A DNA stretch of 63,841 nt, the filler included, from Choristocarpus tenellus KU-1152 (taxonomy: Eukaryota > Protista > Phaeophyceae), in the NCBI GenBank assembly GCA_964200185.2. It is 10 parts of 10 records of this genome, joined end to end, with 100 filler letters (N's around TTAATTAATTAA, not from the genome) between each part and the next. Parts side by side here need not be neighbours in the genome. Positions count along the whole stretch, not along the records: positions 49,399 to 51,931 come from CAXNAD020026991.1; positions 52,032 to 56,822 come from CAXNAD020013047.1; positions 56,923 to 63,841 come from CAXNAD020007062.1; 7 more parts are not named here. One strand, given 5' to 3'. The notes under the pieces are model-generated. The model searched no databases, was not told the origin of the DNA, and saw nothing but the letters and a program-made list of their open reading frames with translations. The stretch's first letter is position 1. Each line of letters begins with the position of its first letter. Of the stretch, positions 50,561 through 63,764 are shown in pieces. A program made the position numbers and the translations under genes.

Positions 50561-51093
50561 CTATTGCTGGTGGATGAAAGTGTGAGATGGGAAGTAAATC
50601 ATCTCTTATTGTATATAAGAGGTCTTTCTCTTAAGTCAAGGGGTCGTGATAAGAGAAACCTATGTCATATCGAGCAAAAGTGGTCATAGGCACTTTATAC
50701 TTGTCCGCGAACGACGACAGAGGGACGCCCTTGCTGTATGTGCTTCGCACGTGCCTTCAAGAGTAGTTACATGTGGATGTGTTTTGAACATTGCCCTCGG
50801 TGAGTCCATTTCGATGGAGATGAGGTGGTGCTGCAAGCACCACATCTATACCACCCATCCACAGTAGACCAGTAGTATCATATGCATACCGTACTGTAAC
50901 TAGGATAAATTACACTCATCATTACGATGTATTTACTAATATGTATAGTACACCTTCCTAAGAAAAGCATCCACAAGCCATTGGATGGCTGGAGAGACGA
51001 CGACTTGCAGTTCAAATCAATGTTCAAACCCAATCTCCCTCCAATGCCCTGCCCTATGTATTCAATTGTACTCTACAAGGATATTACATAGTA

Positions 51094-51700
51094 CAGTATC
51101 AATAACACCAGTGTGGATCAAATATAGCTGCACCGCCATACACCTCCTATCACACGCACTGAGTAAAACAACTTATTCGCTGATAAAAAAATCGCGACTG
51201 CCAAAAAACCCTCGAATGTCCACTTGTTTGATTGCCCTTGCCCCGATTACGCTGAGCCAAGCCAGCTTTGCTTTCCGGAGATGGTACGAAATATCGTTCA
51301 TGCTGCACTCTTCGACAGTTGATTCTAAGCTTGCAAGCTTGTCAGCTACTTGAGAGTACGACGGTGGAGGAATCGAGAACAATGGAGAGGCTGCTCCTTT
51401 CCTCACGACCCCCGATGCACTGCCCCCTCCCATAAACCCATCGTCATCCTCATCACCCGAGATTTTATTGTCTGACTGGTACAAGAATTTCTCGAGCAGC
51501 TGATCTTTCATGTCCTCTAGCATCGCATTGGCCACTTCATCGTTGTCTTTGCACCGATCCACACTCTTGCTGCGTTGATAGAAGCCTGAGACGGTTTTCC
51601 GCCGGGTTTGAGGTACAGAGAGCATTAGGGAGATCCTCATTAATATATGCGGACACCTTGTGGGACGTACCTCTACGAGCAAAATGGCCACTCATGATAC
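51094..51700 (-). mobile_element. 3' end of a pogo/Tigger-like transposase
   Basis: ORF 51691-51173 has an acidic tract (ISGDEDDDG), a helical segment and the terminal motif KQVDIRGFF (QxxIxxFF), typical of pogo-family C-termini. Possible terminus TA|CAGT at 51092-51097. The DDD core is not visible. Confidence 0.55.
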
Positions 51701-52177
51701 TACAGTACATAGTATAGACATTACAGTACAACAGAAATGCATGCAAAATTTCAAACAATTCAGTCATGATTCTCATCAGCAAACAGTAGAGACAGACAAT
51801 TCAATCACAATCACAATCAACAACCTACTTTCAGACTTTCAATCCACACGCCAACGTGTGCAAATTGCCTTGGGAGGTAATGCTATTTGTTAGTAGCGAA
51901 GATAAGAAGGTGTGAAGCCTCACACGACCCCNNNNNNNNNNNNNNNNNNNNNNNNNNNNNNNNNNNNNNNNNNNNTTAATTAATTAANNNNNNNNNNNNN
52001 NNNNNNNNNNNNNNNNNNNNNNNNNNNNNNNGGGATGTTAGAAGCACCGAAATGATGGGGAGGGTCAATAACCAGCACAATGACAGAGTACACAAAATAC
52101 CCCAACACATCAGTGAAGGTTGAGAAGATGCCGTTAATGCAAATAAAGAAGATTAAGCTGTCCACATGAAGAGGGAG

Positions 52178-52362
52178 GACCCAAAGTATCCGGGGGAAAG
52201 GGGGGGGGGTCTACACCAAGGTGTCCATTTGGTCCAAAATCAGGAAAAGTACATTTTCATTATCCATCCGATGTATGCAACCAAATCACCCAAAAATCGC
52301 AACAGGAAAAAATTGACCCTAAATGGACAGCCGCCACCCCCCCCCCCCAGATACTTTGAGCC
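52178..52362. mobile_element. MITE family A copy (opposite orientation)
   Basis: GACCCAAAGTATC...GATACTTTGAGCC flanked by GAG/GAG. Confidence 0.9.
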
Positions 52363-52887
52363 GAGGGATCAGTCAGGAAACACATCAAGTAGCATTATCG
52401 TACCTGTGTTTGTAGTGCTTCCAAGTGATCCAAGCTGCTGGATGGCCTTACATTGAGGAGGTACCTCAGCCAAGGCCACCAGAGCTAGCCCCTGCCCTCC
52501 CTCAAATCCAACTATTGACCTCAAGACAGAAATTGCCAAGTTTCCTGCCTATGCAAGACCATGTTGGTGCAAAAGGTAGAAACAGGACTAGGCTTACCAA
52601 CCTGCAAAACGCAATCATAAACGTGGCATCAATCCTTCAAAAGTCGTCAGGGCCTCTCTAGTAGATTTTCTGTAAGGTTAAGCCTCTATTTCCCCCTTGT
52701 ATCATCCCAACTTCAGCCCTGCCCTCTTTTGCAGGCAATTGTTAAAACCTTTGACTCTTATCCCATAATCCATCACCAATATCCATCACCACAATTCCTA
52801 AGGGGAATAAAGTACCCTCCAAAATAGCCTCAATTCTCTCTACTTCCCACTATTGTTGCCCACAATTTATGTATCGCAAGGGGAAAA

Positions 52888-52914
52888 GGGTTAGGGTTAA
52901 GGTTAGGGTTAGGG
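52888..52914 (+). repeat. Short interstitial telomeric repeat (TTAGGG) x ~4
   Basis: gggTTAGGGTTAAGGTTAGGGTTAGGG. Confidence 0.85.
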
Positions 52915-55900
52915 TAGCCCTTCCACAGGATGAGGACAACTGTTTGCCCTGTTAACACTGTGCAAGTTGACTTTGCAAGGGGGAAAGGGATGACTTGCAA
53001 CCACAGATGCACAAGCAAGTTTCAGTAATATTTCAATTAGGTGATGATTGCCATTGTGAAATCTTTCACAATTTTCGCTCCTCTCTACCTCTACAGAATC
53101 AACAATGATAAATTTAATCTTGTCTGGCCGCTTGCCATAATAACCAGGCAATATTAAGCTCCCCACCTTGTTCCCATTGTCATCACGCATTTCCATGGCC
53201 TTCTGAATGAGACGAGTGAAAGACGTGGGGCCCCACAGTGACATAGCTCTTGCAATATCTGGGCAGCGATCCATGGCTTGAGGAATCACGAAGAGGACGA
53301 GGGGATTAGGGGTGGGGGTAGGAAGCAAGGGTAGAAGGGGTTTGGGGAGGGGTGGAAGGGCATTAGTTGCAGAAAACACATTTAGAGGAGTGTCGAAAAG
53401 AGGGAACAGGAGGGGCTATATGGGTGGAAGTCAGGTGCCTCAGAAGTCTGTCATCATGGGTGCTGCAAAAGCAAGGATGTTGAGATGAATCAGATGGTTA
53501 CATCACTCTACATAGTTTCATTAACTTTCGTCCTATTTATTTTTTTCTTTAGATTCATGAGAGCACGACCAGCATCATTTGTCAGAGATGAAGCAATATC
53601 CAACCCAAAATTGCGACCAGAGGCTCGTTCAGAGAGATGTTGCGAAACTTCAGAGAAACACCTTATGGGACTCGTGACCCACATTGATATACCCACTTCC
53701 ATCATATGCAGTCACCTCGTTGGGATTTCGCTTCGTGCATGAACTTTGCCTGAAGCTTTCTTTCCTGTCCTTGAGGAGAGGGACAGAGCATTCCCGACAG
53801 GCATAGAAGTTGTTGGTAGAGGGGTGTTCACTAGGGTGCTACCAGATACCTGACCCAAGTACCGCCACCTCTTCGATGATATCTTGCTTCGTAAGCAGTA
53901 GGAGAACTCGCCGCTCATCGGACAGCGTAAGGTTCACCCCAAAATAAATTGTGACGCTCTTAAGTCCCACCTCGTCCACAGTCTGGGACATAGCGTTGAC
54001 GATGTGTAACAAAAATCCATCGAAGGAAATATTACAGTATATTTGACAATAGAGAAAACTATTCAGATCAGATGAATGAGGGGTCATCGACTCAAGTCCA
54101 TTCCAGTTTAAGTCTTTGCCTCGCCATCCTTGAGTTAAGTCTATGGTAGCCAAATATTTACAAGAACAACAACGAACGCACCAATAATAAATTCATCATC
54201 TCGATTATCAGCTAACACAACCAACAGACTTCTCTAAAACATCGTCCCTTCTCGTCTACCTCCCCACAATCCGTCTTTCCTCTCTTATGGAACGTTCTCC
54301 GCCTGTTCTGGGGTTTATTATCCATATTGTACCCTTTTTCTCGTCCATTCCCGTTTATGTCAATAGTCCAAGTATACACTCCCTTACAATACTTTCTTGT
54401 GGGGTTAGGGTGTTGAATCTGACTGCGTCTTGAGTTGTTGGAGACAGCAGTCAAGAGGTTCATACGCTGAGACAGATACCACGCGCTCTTGGACATGCCT
54501 CTTACTACACCGCGAGACTTAGACCTCTTCTTTCACCGTTCCACCACCTTCTATCAGTTGAGTTGTAAGACCCTAATTCATCATATAGGGTTACAATCAT
54601 TCTCTGCTTTTGCGAGCCACCACGGCCGAGTAGACGTCCATTTCTCTTCACATACTTTTGATTTAAGCAAACAGCAATCTCATGGAACTTACCCCAGATC
54701 AAGTACTAGGATATCATGGTTGTGGTGTTCATACAAAGTAATATATCTACAATATTACGTAGTAGTAATGATACTTTGTCCTAGGACTATTGGTAGTCAA
54801 AAAGAGCGTGTTTCCCTATATGTAGGCGTTCACCTTTGCTAGGTTGTCCGATGCACCGGTGAAAGCCCCCAACCCATCATCCCACCGCATGGATCTCTTG
54901 TTCTCAAGTCTAGACAAGGAGATATAACACAAATCCTGTATTGAACACTAGAGAGCATAGAGCGGAAATAGTCAAACCAATTGAGAGATAGGGAGGTTTG
55001 GGCCCTTGTGCATTCCAAGTCATCTTCCTTACTCTGTGCAATGCATTCTATTTTATTGTTTTTATACATAGTAACGGATGCAACATTGATATTCCCCCTT
55101 TCAAACACAGAGTGACATTATAATTAAACAAAAGGCCATTCTGCAATTGCACAAAATTGTCTCCTTTTCCTTTTGTCGGATCCTTAAGATGCAACCCTGC
55201 CTACCTCTTAATTGCTTGGACTCGTAGCCATATTGTAATAGAGGCAACTAAAATATTTACTGGCATTTCGAAACACAGCTCTTGCACAGAGAGGGGTACA
55301 TTCATCAATGTCTGGAGAAGTCACCATCACTATGTGATTCAAAACCCCATGTCAAACCTCCCACACTCCATACACATTAATACTATTTCGTCAACAACAC
55401 AGTGCTAACTCACACATTTATTATTCTTCACATTGATGTGATGGGTCCCGGCAGACGATTGGTTGAAAGGTAGAGAGAAAAAAGCAATACACAACGTTTT
55501 GGGATGTGGAGGAAATTACTAAGAGAAAAAAAGTGCAGTGAAAAATAAACATGAAAGAAAAGGATTGCTATGATCTGACTCAGTCACGCATCGTATTTGA
55601 GGATTACGGTAGAAGTAGCTAGGACGTGGAGGACATTTGTGTTAGTCTTTTATTCTTGTGATCCTGTATCAATGTAGAACCCCCACTCTATGTGTGGGGT
55701 TGTCCGTTATCATACTGCCCACTACTGTACCATCTATCATCATACCATTTGGACCCAGTCAAGATCCTCGGTTCCACAAGGGTGGAGTCTCTTTGGTTGA
55801 TTGATTGCTCACATTCCAGTTATCGATATCCTCATTTCCTTCTGTTTTTGTGGCCTTTGCCTTCTTTTTGGATCAGGTACACTCTCTGGAATATGCTTCC

Positions 55901-56922
55901 ACTCCCCCTCCGCAATACCCTCAACTTACCATGCGTCCCTTTGCTTTAAAACTTTCCCAATCTTCTCTGCTGGTCTGATGGGTGGAATAAATTGCCAAGT
56001 TTGTCTTTAGGCGCATTCTCATGAAAGAGTGGTTTGTGGTTGAGGACTTCCAGTCCTCGTCTCACCTTCAGCTCGCAACTTTCATACCTCGCACAGGTGG
56101 TAAGTACGCGATTCAACTTGGGAAGCAGTTCCAACATTCTCACTTTTTGCTGTGGAAAATAAAAATCCTACCCATATAGTACCATAATATGACGTATGCT
56201 TTCATGCATATATAGACCTGCTTATATATATCCTATCTCACCAAATGAACTTAAAAGAGTATTAAGGATCAAACCCCTGAAACTGGCTTCACCAATGACA
56301 CGAACCCATTCCAATAATAAATACTATAGGAAGGTCGTTTAGTTTTTTTCTTCCGATTCACAATTTCGATTCACAATTTCTTTCTCGCGCCCACAACTCA
56401 CAAAAACAAAGCCCAGGAAGACATGGACAACGTGTCGTTGTGAAGACTGCAACGTACCCCAAAAGCGGGCATCCATATTTCATGTACAGAAAACCGCATC
56501 TCAACCAACCTGTTTCAGGTAAGTTGCACTTATTGTATGAATTCCCCATGTTAATCTTGGACGCTAACTCATGAACGAAGGATATTGACTTCAGAACTCT
56601 AGAACCGATTTTCAAATGCCCTCAACACACAAAAACAAAACATGAAAAGGACACGGGCTCAGGTGCTTGGTGTAGTGATGCTCAAAAAGACACGAAGAAG
56701 ATGACATTATCGAATTATCATGGGAAGGAAGCAACACCCACACCCTCTGAAAGACAATACGAATTTTGATATCAGAAAAAAATTATATATATCAAAGGGT
56801 CAAAGTATCTGGGGGGGGGGTGNNNNNNNNNNNNNNNNNNNNNNNNNNNNNNNNNNNNNNNNNNNNTTAATTAATTAANNNNNNNNNNNNNNNNNNNNNN
56901 NNNNNNNNNNNNNNNNNNNNNN

Positions 56923-56955
<33 letters not shown>

Positions 56956-58176
56956 GAGGGAGCAATGGGATGACTTGATACATACTTCCGGGAAGGGTCG
57001 ATTATATATATATATATATAATAGCAAGCAAAAGAACTATTTCATTACAACAGCAACTTAAGTTGTGAACACCCACCCATTCTTGACACGAAATAAATTA
57101 TAACCGTTTCAACTTGCACCCCCTCACAAATCGATTCAATTCAATTCAATTCAAAACACTTTTTTTTTCCCCATCTAAAACGCATCTGGGGATGATCAAA
57201 ATCGGATTTGTGTGAAAGGAGCCTGATGTCCGTCAACAACCACACCGCTACAAAAATAGGAGAGGTGGTTACAATAAACAACTAGCACGGCAAGATACAC
57301 AGAGGCACTCAGGTCAATCAAACAAACAAAAAGAAAAGGATATTCGATAATCCCAGCTACTGCGGCGAGACACTTAAACCTCTGTTCACTACAGAGACAT
57401 ATTGTACAAAGCAACCTTAAGGGCCAAGAGGGACAGGCCCTTAGAGAATGGCTGCTTACATTGCAGTCAGGCACAACACCCCACGATCAAGACGGGGAAA
57501 AGTGAAGATACCACAACAAAAAAGAAGGGAAGGTTTATCTTGGCAGGCCACAAACTGATCTGCAAGTTCTCCACCCCCATCGACTGAAAAAAGTGGAGGT
57601 GATTGTATGGTATGACCGTCCTTGCAATACTCAACTGCCAACAATATAAGTAAGGTATACCTCAATACTGTCAATGGCTCCTGCACAATCAGTCGTACCA
57701 CACCTCCAACCGGAATCGGGCCTCATGCATTTCCATCATGAACTACACCGAGCTGATACCCGATCAAACAATACATAAATATAGATGCAAACTCAACAGT
57801 ACGTGGAAAAAGCACTCCCAATGAGACGCTACAATTAGTTACTAATACTACAAAAAGGGCTCATCACCCGAGCCTTCGCCCTGCGCACACAGAAAACAAC
57901 CAGAAAGAAATTTCTCAGAAATATCCCATCATTTCCACTTGACGTATCAATGACGGCACATCATACTTCTAAGGTCCATGGACTGTATGAGATGAGAGAT
58001 GGACAGAACACAACATCCCCAAGTCTCAGCGACTACAAGCTGGTCTATAGCCAAGAAACCAAACATTTTGTCGCGAACGGAGAGTCCCTTGGGAACCAGG
58101 CCCAGGATGAGAAAAACGGATACATCAATAAGCTCCAGCAGGGGAAGTCAACTGCAAGCACGTTCGTTCATGCCAA

Positions 58177-58454
58177 GAGTCAAAGCATTTAACAGGGTAG
58201 GAGTCTTGCCCGGTTTGTCTGTTCGGGGCTTGGCTTAGGGTTAGGGTTTTTTATGCCCTTTTTCAGTCTTCAGTGTGAACACAGTTACCCTAACCCTAAA
58301 AATTGTATACGACTATGAAAGGCATGTCCGGAGCAAGGATATTGACACTTGCTAACAAACACGATAGCCAAAAGTTCATCAAAAATCACAACATTGGAAT
58401 TCTGACCCCGAACGGACGCGGCCCAAACCCTAACCCTCTTAAATGATTTGGTTC
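58177..58454. mobile_element. Old MITE family B copy carrying three telomeric-repeat patches
   Basis: Collinear with 60021-60277 apart from TTAGGG/CCCTAA patches at 58235, 58288 and 58426. Confidence 0.8.
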
Positions 58455-59165
58455 CAGCATTACGATTTTCACACCTTGTGCCAACCAAAAAAGCACCTCT
58501 CACTAGCACATACTTTTTTTTTTTTATCTTTTACATACTTCATACTCGATTTTTTTTTAAACATGTAACTCTGTATAGATACACGCATAATGCTTCAAAA
58601 CACCACTAGTACATAATGACATAAAAATTAGACACAAGGGAACAAAAAATAAGAGAGGCGTACACACCAAAAAACAAATAAATATATACATATACATGCT
58701 TATTATATCTGTTCGTGTATGTGTATGTGTATGTGTATGTATGCATACACAGACAAGCTCATCTTGCCACAGTTGGTAGCAACAACTTCTCCACAGTACC
58801 TTTCCATATTGAGTATCACTCAGACATGCACAAACAACAACAGTTCACAACCTAAGAGAAATAGACACAAAGACAACAACAACGTAACTGACACATCAAG
58901 GGCACGCAAGTCGCCCAGCAGACACATCAGCACGTTCCCTTTCAAAAAGTCGTGTTACCAGTCAAAACATCGAAAAAAAAAGACAGACCAAATATGTACA
59001 CTACCTACAATAAAAAAGAACGCACACGCACACTAGCACGAAAAAATTTAACCATCAAGTTTGAAAAAAAACAAAACAAAAAAAAACAAGCCAAGCCAAA
59101 AAGTAAAAAAAAAAAAACCTACCCCTACCTCTACAAAACAAACAAAAAATGTTCTGAAAACCAAC

Positions 59166-62100
59166 CTGCTCTTCCAGCTGCTCCAGCGTCCTATCCAGCT
59201 GGTTTTGTTCTCCTGCAATCACCTTCATATTCCTCTCCAAGTCCTGCCATGATGGATAGGTCATACTCGGGGTTGATCGAAATATGACAGCAGCAGCAAG
59301 TACCTCATGTGTTCAAGAGACGCCCCGGCACGGTCTTGCAGAGTGCAACCGTAATCAATCAACGGAAGTGACGCACAACACCACCTACATATGCACACGT
59401 ACTTCAAAACGCATACTACATCAACGGCACAATTGTATGAAACAACAGTCTCGAACTAAAGCTACGCCTTGAGGTGAGGGCAATAGACTCTTCCCTCCCC
59501 TCCAACACACACCCTAGCATCATTGAGAATCTAGATTCAAAGCATTTTAGAGCACAAACTTACTCAACTGGAAAAAATCGTAACACCCTCAAACATCATT
59601 AAGAGTGAAAGTATCTTAAAGTGCATGAATTTGGCCCTGTTTGTTCGTTTGGGACTTGACTTCCCGTGTGTTTTTTCTAATGAAATTTATTTACCTACTC
59701 AGAAATGTTTCGGAGCAAGTAAAAAATACACAAAAAGGTGTGTACAGAACAAGGACATTGACACTTACAAACAAAACGCAATAGCCAAAATTACATTGAA
59801 AAAAAACACAACATAGGATCTTGAAACCCCCAAACAGACGGACGGGCCCCTGCCCTCTAAGACACGTTGACTCCAATTCCAATTTTAAAAATTGTACACA
59901 GCACAGCACACAAAGAGAGACACAAATCGCCAATCTCCACAAGCAACACATACAGCACAAGTTCCCACCAAAAATAACAGTAAAGAATTACCCCTCCATT
60001 GACGGTTTTTGTTAATCACAGAGTGAAAGTATCTTAGAGGGTACGAGTTTTGCCCTGTTTGTCCATTTGGGGCTTGGCTTCCCATAGGTTATTTTATGAC
60101 ATCTTCCCACTTCAAAGTTTAGGAGTAGTTAAAATGTGTACGTTATGAAACGTGTGTCCAGAGTAAGGATATTGAAACTTCCTAACCAACACGATAGGCA
60201 AAATAACATCAAAATAGTAACATTGACCTTTGGCCCCCCAAATGGACGCAGCTCTACCCTCTAAGATACTTTGACTCACAGTGAAATTCGAACCGTAGTA
60301 GGGTTAGGGTTAGGGTTAGACAATCTAAACGATTCGCAACACTTAACCTACTCAATCCCCCCCTTTGCGCCACTACAATCCCCCCCCCCCTGGTGCAGCG
60401 CAGCACAAGTAAGCGCTCTCTTGCCATTCTCCATCACCAACGCCCACACTAAAATAAACGCCCTGGCATTTCCCGCGATGTTTGTTGCGTCATCTACACC
60501 CATTTTGCCCCCTTCACACCCAACACATGGATTCATGCGTAAAGAGAACGCCAACACCTCGTCAACATCATACATACATACATACACAATACACAATACA
60601 TGCAGACAGGCATACATACATACACAATACATACAGACAGGCATACATACATACATACACAATACATACAGACAGGCATACATACAAAAATAATACATAA
60701 TAATACATACATACATATATATGTACATATATACATAAATCAGTACATACATACATACATAATAATACATACATAATACATACATAAATACATACATAAA
60801 TTCGTACATACACGCACACCTCCCCTTTCACTCCATTACAACTCACACTCATGGTACATTCCACTTCCCCTTCCCTTCACTCCTCATTCGAGAAACACAC
60901 CTGTTGTCCCAGAACAAGCTTTTGGACATCATCGGCCAGGTTTGTCAATTCTTGCTGATTGTCCCTCAGCGCCTTATCCCATTCAGACACCTTTGCGATA
61001 ATTCATTTCCACGCAGTGATAATCAATATCTATCTCGCTTGTTCAGTAATAACTGCACTCCACACTTCAGTACAATACTCCGGATGGAGTCCACTCAGTA
61101 CACATGTGGTTGTATCCTATAGCAAGTCGTTTATTCATTTTTCGTACGTAGACTTATTTTTATAATCTCATATTTTTGGAAAAACCTAACCGCCATAGAT
61201 AACATCGTTCCCATCATCTAGACAAGAAAAAAAACCCAGGAAGTTTGAGAGTGGGACACGTGGGCAGGCTCTTAGGTGACACGGTTGACTGAACTATGAA
61301 GGTGGTTGAGGAAGGACAATCGGCCATATCAGTCCTGAAGAAGTGTTTTGACATTGGCCATCCTCTCATCACCAGACCAAAAGTGCACGAGGAAAGGATG
61401 CAAGGGTGGAGGGAGGAGCCAAGGGTTATTATTATATCATGACAGAACTGTGTAAGCAAGCATATGTCTCCCCAAGGCAAGTGTCTCATCACCTTTACAG
61501 CTTCATTAGTGAAGATCATGGCATCCTGCTCCAGCTGATCATTCCAACTGTTCACAATTTCCTCAACAGTCATGGTCCTGAAATATGCAGAACATTAAAA
61601 AAAATTAATAAGAACAAGAAAATGGGGGTATTTTTGTCCACAACAGGTTACCAGCAGAGGATTGTAACGAGCCCCAACAACACTGTATAGAGTGCAGCTC
61701 TCAGTAAAGCAGTTACGCATCCTGGTAAGGTGTGTGCAGGCTGTATACACTACACACGTATACTGTAGTGGTGTTCTGACACAGGGAGGAAGGGAGGGTA
61801 AATCATTCACATGTAGCATTGCACACTCTTCAAGGCTCGTATAATCCAGGAGTAGGAGGTTCTTACAATATTTGTCTTGTATTTTTTTTGAGGAGTAACA
61901 AGGTGGAAGGAGAAGGCGTGTCAAGTGCAAACGACTGTGAGTTACACAACACATGCGTACTTTCTTGAAGAAACAAAAATATGTGGAAACCTAAACAATC
62001 TGTACAACTATAGACGGTGCGAATGTGCATAACATGCACTCCTGAGTAGGTGCTTATACAAAAAAATTGCAAAATATGAAAAAACACTAAAAATATGTGC

Positions 62101-63202
62101 ATCTTGCCCAATAGATGTTTCATCAATGGTTCCTCTCTTGCACCACTGCAAAATCTGCAATATATAGAGAGATAGTTGTATCTGTTTACCATCTGTCTAA
62201 ACTTCTCTTCTACCTCACTCCGAAGGTCAGTAAACCTTTCCTTTGATAATCTCCGATCATAGTCTCCAACACTCACATGTACTCAGCTGGAGGCTGTTCC
62301 TGCTCAGCTTGTTGCTGCCCCTGTTGCGCGTTAGACGCTCCTCCTGGTGCAGGCGCCAATGCCAGTGCTCCAGCCCCTGGTGCTGCCGCTGGGGCAGCAC
62401 TTGCACCGCCGGCACCACTAAAGGAAAATCCACCTCCTCCTGCCGCAGGTGCAGGGGCTGCTGTTGTTGTACTGGTTGAAACAGTAGCGCCTAGCGATCC
62501 CCCAAACAAAAATCTACCAGAGCCAGCTGGTGCAGCAGCAGGTGTTGCGGCAGGTGCCGGGGCGGCGGCTGGAGGAGCAACCGTCGTAGTAGGAGCCGGT
62601 GCTGGTGCTGGTGTTGTAAAAGAAAATCCTCCCGCTGGGGCAGCTGCCGCGCCTGTTGAGGCAGGGGCAGGGACGGGGGCAAGACCGCCAAACGAAAAGG
62701 TATTGGTTGCAGGTGCTGGTGCCGAGGCGGCAGGGACGGGAGCAGGTGCACTCCCTGAGGCCTGGGAAGCTGCAGGAGCAGGTGCTAGGGAAGAAAAGGC
62801 GAAGGATGAGCCAGAGGAAGGAGTCGGGGCAGGAGCTTGTGCACCAAATAAGGGTGCAGTTGCAGGGGTGGCTGTTGTGGTAGGTGCAGCTTGGGCTCCA
62901 AAGCTAAACTGCGATGAGCCGGATGCAGCGGATGCAGCTGATGAGGCTGGATTAGTTGCAGCGGTTGAGCCTCCGAATGAGAACCCTGAAGCCGCCGGTG
63001 CAGGAGCAGGAGTGGCGGCTGAGGCCGAGCCAAATAAACCCCCAGTCGATCCAGATGTCGCAGGTGCTGAGCCTGCAGCCCCCGCCCCAAACCCAAATGA
63101 TGGTGTCGCAGGCGCAGGAGCTGCGGCTGATGTGGGTGTGGTTGTTGATACGAAGTTGAATCCCCCAGTCCCCCCTGAGGGAGCCTTGAAGCCGCTGAAC
63201 AT
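59166..63202 (-). CDS. NUP62: Nucleoporin Nup62/Nsp1 (FG-repeat N-terminus plus Nsp1_C coiled coil), 3'-incomplete, 4 exons
   Basis: Exon 1 63202-62277 (ATG MFSGFKAPSGG, many FxFG/GFSF repeats, A/P/S/T-rich), then 61577-61493 (TVEEIVNSWNDQLEQDAMIFTNEAVK), 60990-60901 (VSEWDKALRDNQQEL...), 59243-59166 (DLERNMKVIAGEQNQLDRTLEQLEEQ). Phases are consistent. TVEEI..W...LE....F...A..V..WD..L..N is the Nsp1_C signature. Confidence 0.92.
59603..59873. mobile_element. MITE family B copy (NUP62 intron)
   Basis: GAGTGAAAGTATCTTA ... CCCTCTAAGACACGTTGACTC, a diverged copy. Confidence 0.85.
60021..60277. mobile_element. MITE family B copy (NUP62 intron), best preserved
   Basis: GAGTGAAAGTATCTTAGAGGGTA ... 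TACCCTCTAAGATACTTTGACTC (23-bp TIR, one mismatch) flanked by ACA/ACA. Confidence 0.92.
60299..60319 (+). repeat. Short interstitial telomeric repeat (TTAGGG) x ~3.5
   Basis: TAGGGTTAGGGTTAGGGTTAG, 21 bp from a MITE B end. Confidence 0.85.
60568..60812. repeat. Compound (CATA/TACA)n microsatellite in a NUP62 intron
   Basis: Directly visible. It explains the spurious YV/CM-rich ORFs here. Confidence 0.92.
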
Positions 63203-63764
63203 TGTAGATGAGGGTTCCTGACGCCCTCCACAAAAAGGGTGGAGATCGCTTGTGCAACTTAAATGGGGGTCCAATACCTTCAAGAGCTATTTTTTCCAAG
63301 ACAGAGATCTGCAACCAAACCACCAAGCCCTCTAGTACGTAGAGGACGCAAACTCTGGGAGCAGGCTTGGACAAAAGATACACTTGCTAGGAAATATACT
63401 TTCCCTCCTCCCTGTTGATAACCTGTACATTCTTGATAGGTAGGATTTAAAACGTGCCGGTAACGGCAAACCTGCCAATTTCGATATTTTGGTGGGGTGT
63501 ATATCGTGTTTGTACATGTTACAAATATACTAGAGAACCCCCAAGAATACAATGACACATCAGTCATCGCCTACTTCTATGGAACGGGGGGCTGCATACG
63601 CATGGAAGGAGAGTATATGGAATGGTTGGAGGTTAGATTATGCTTTCATAAACGGTGTGTGTTCTTGCCCCCACACAATTTTACATCTTCACTGCGTTAG
63701 GGTTAGGGACCTCAACGTTGCATTATTGATCTCTGGCGACATTTACTATACATATATCAACACC

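Noticed and set aside
52440-56620. Coding-like stretches on the minus strand (156-aa and 104-aa ORFs, exon-like block near 56.1 kb)
   Set aside because: No recognisable motifs and no consistent splice chain. Left unannotated.
60348-60864. Several Tyr/Val/Cys/Met-rich ORFs
   Set aside because: Translations of a (CATA)n microsatellite.
21177-63202. Apparent cluster of nuclear genes (MSH2, THOC2, NUP62)
   Set aside because: They sit on different contigs joined artificially, so linkage is unproven.
62277-63221. 314-aa Ala/Gly-rich + strand ORF
   Set aside because: Antisense shadow of the GC-rich NUP62 FG exon.
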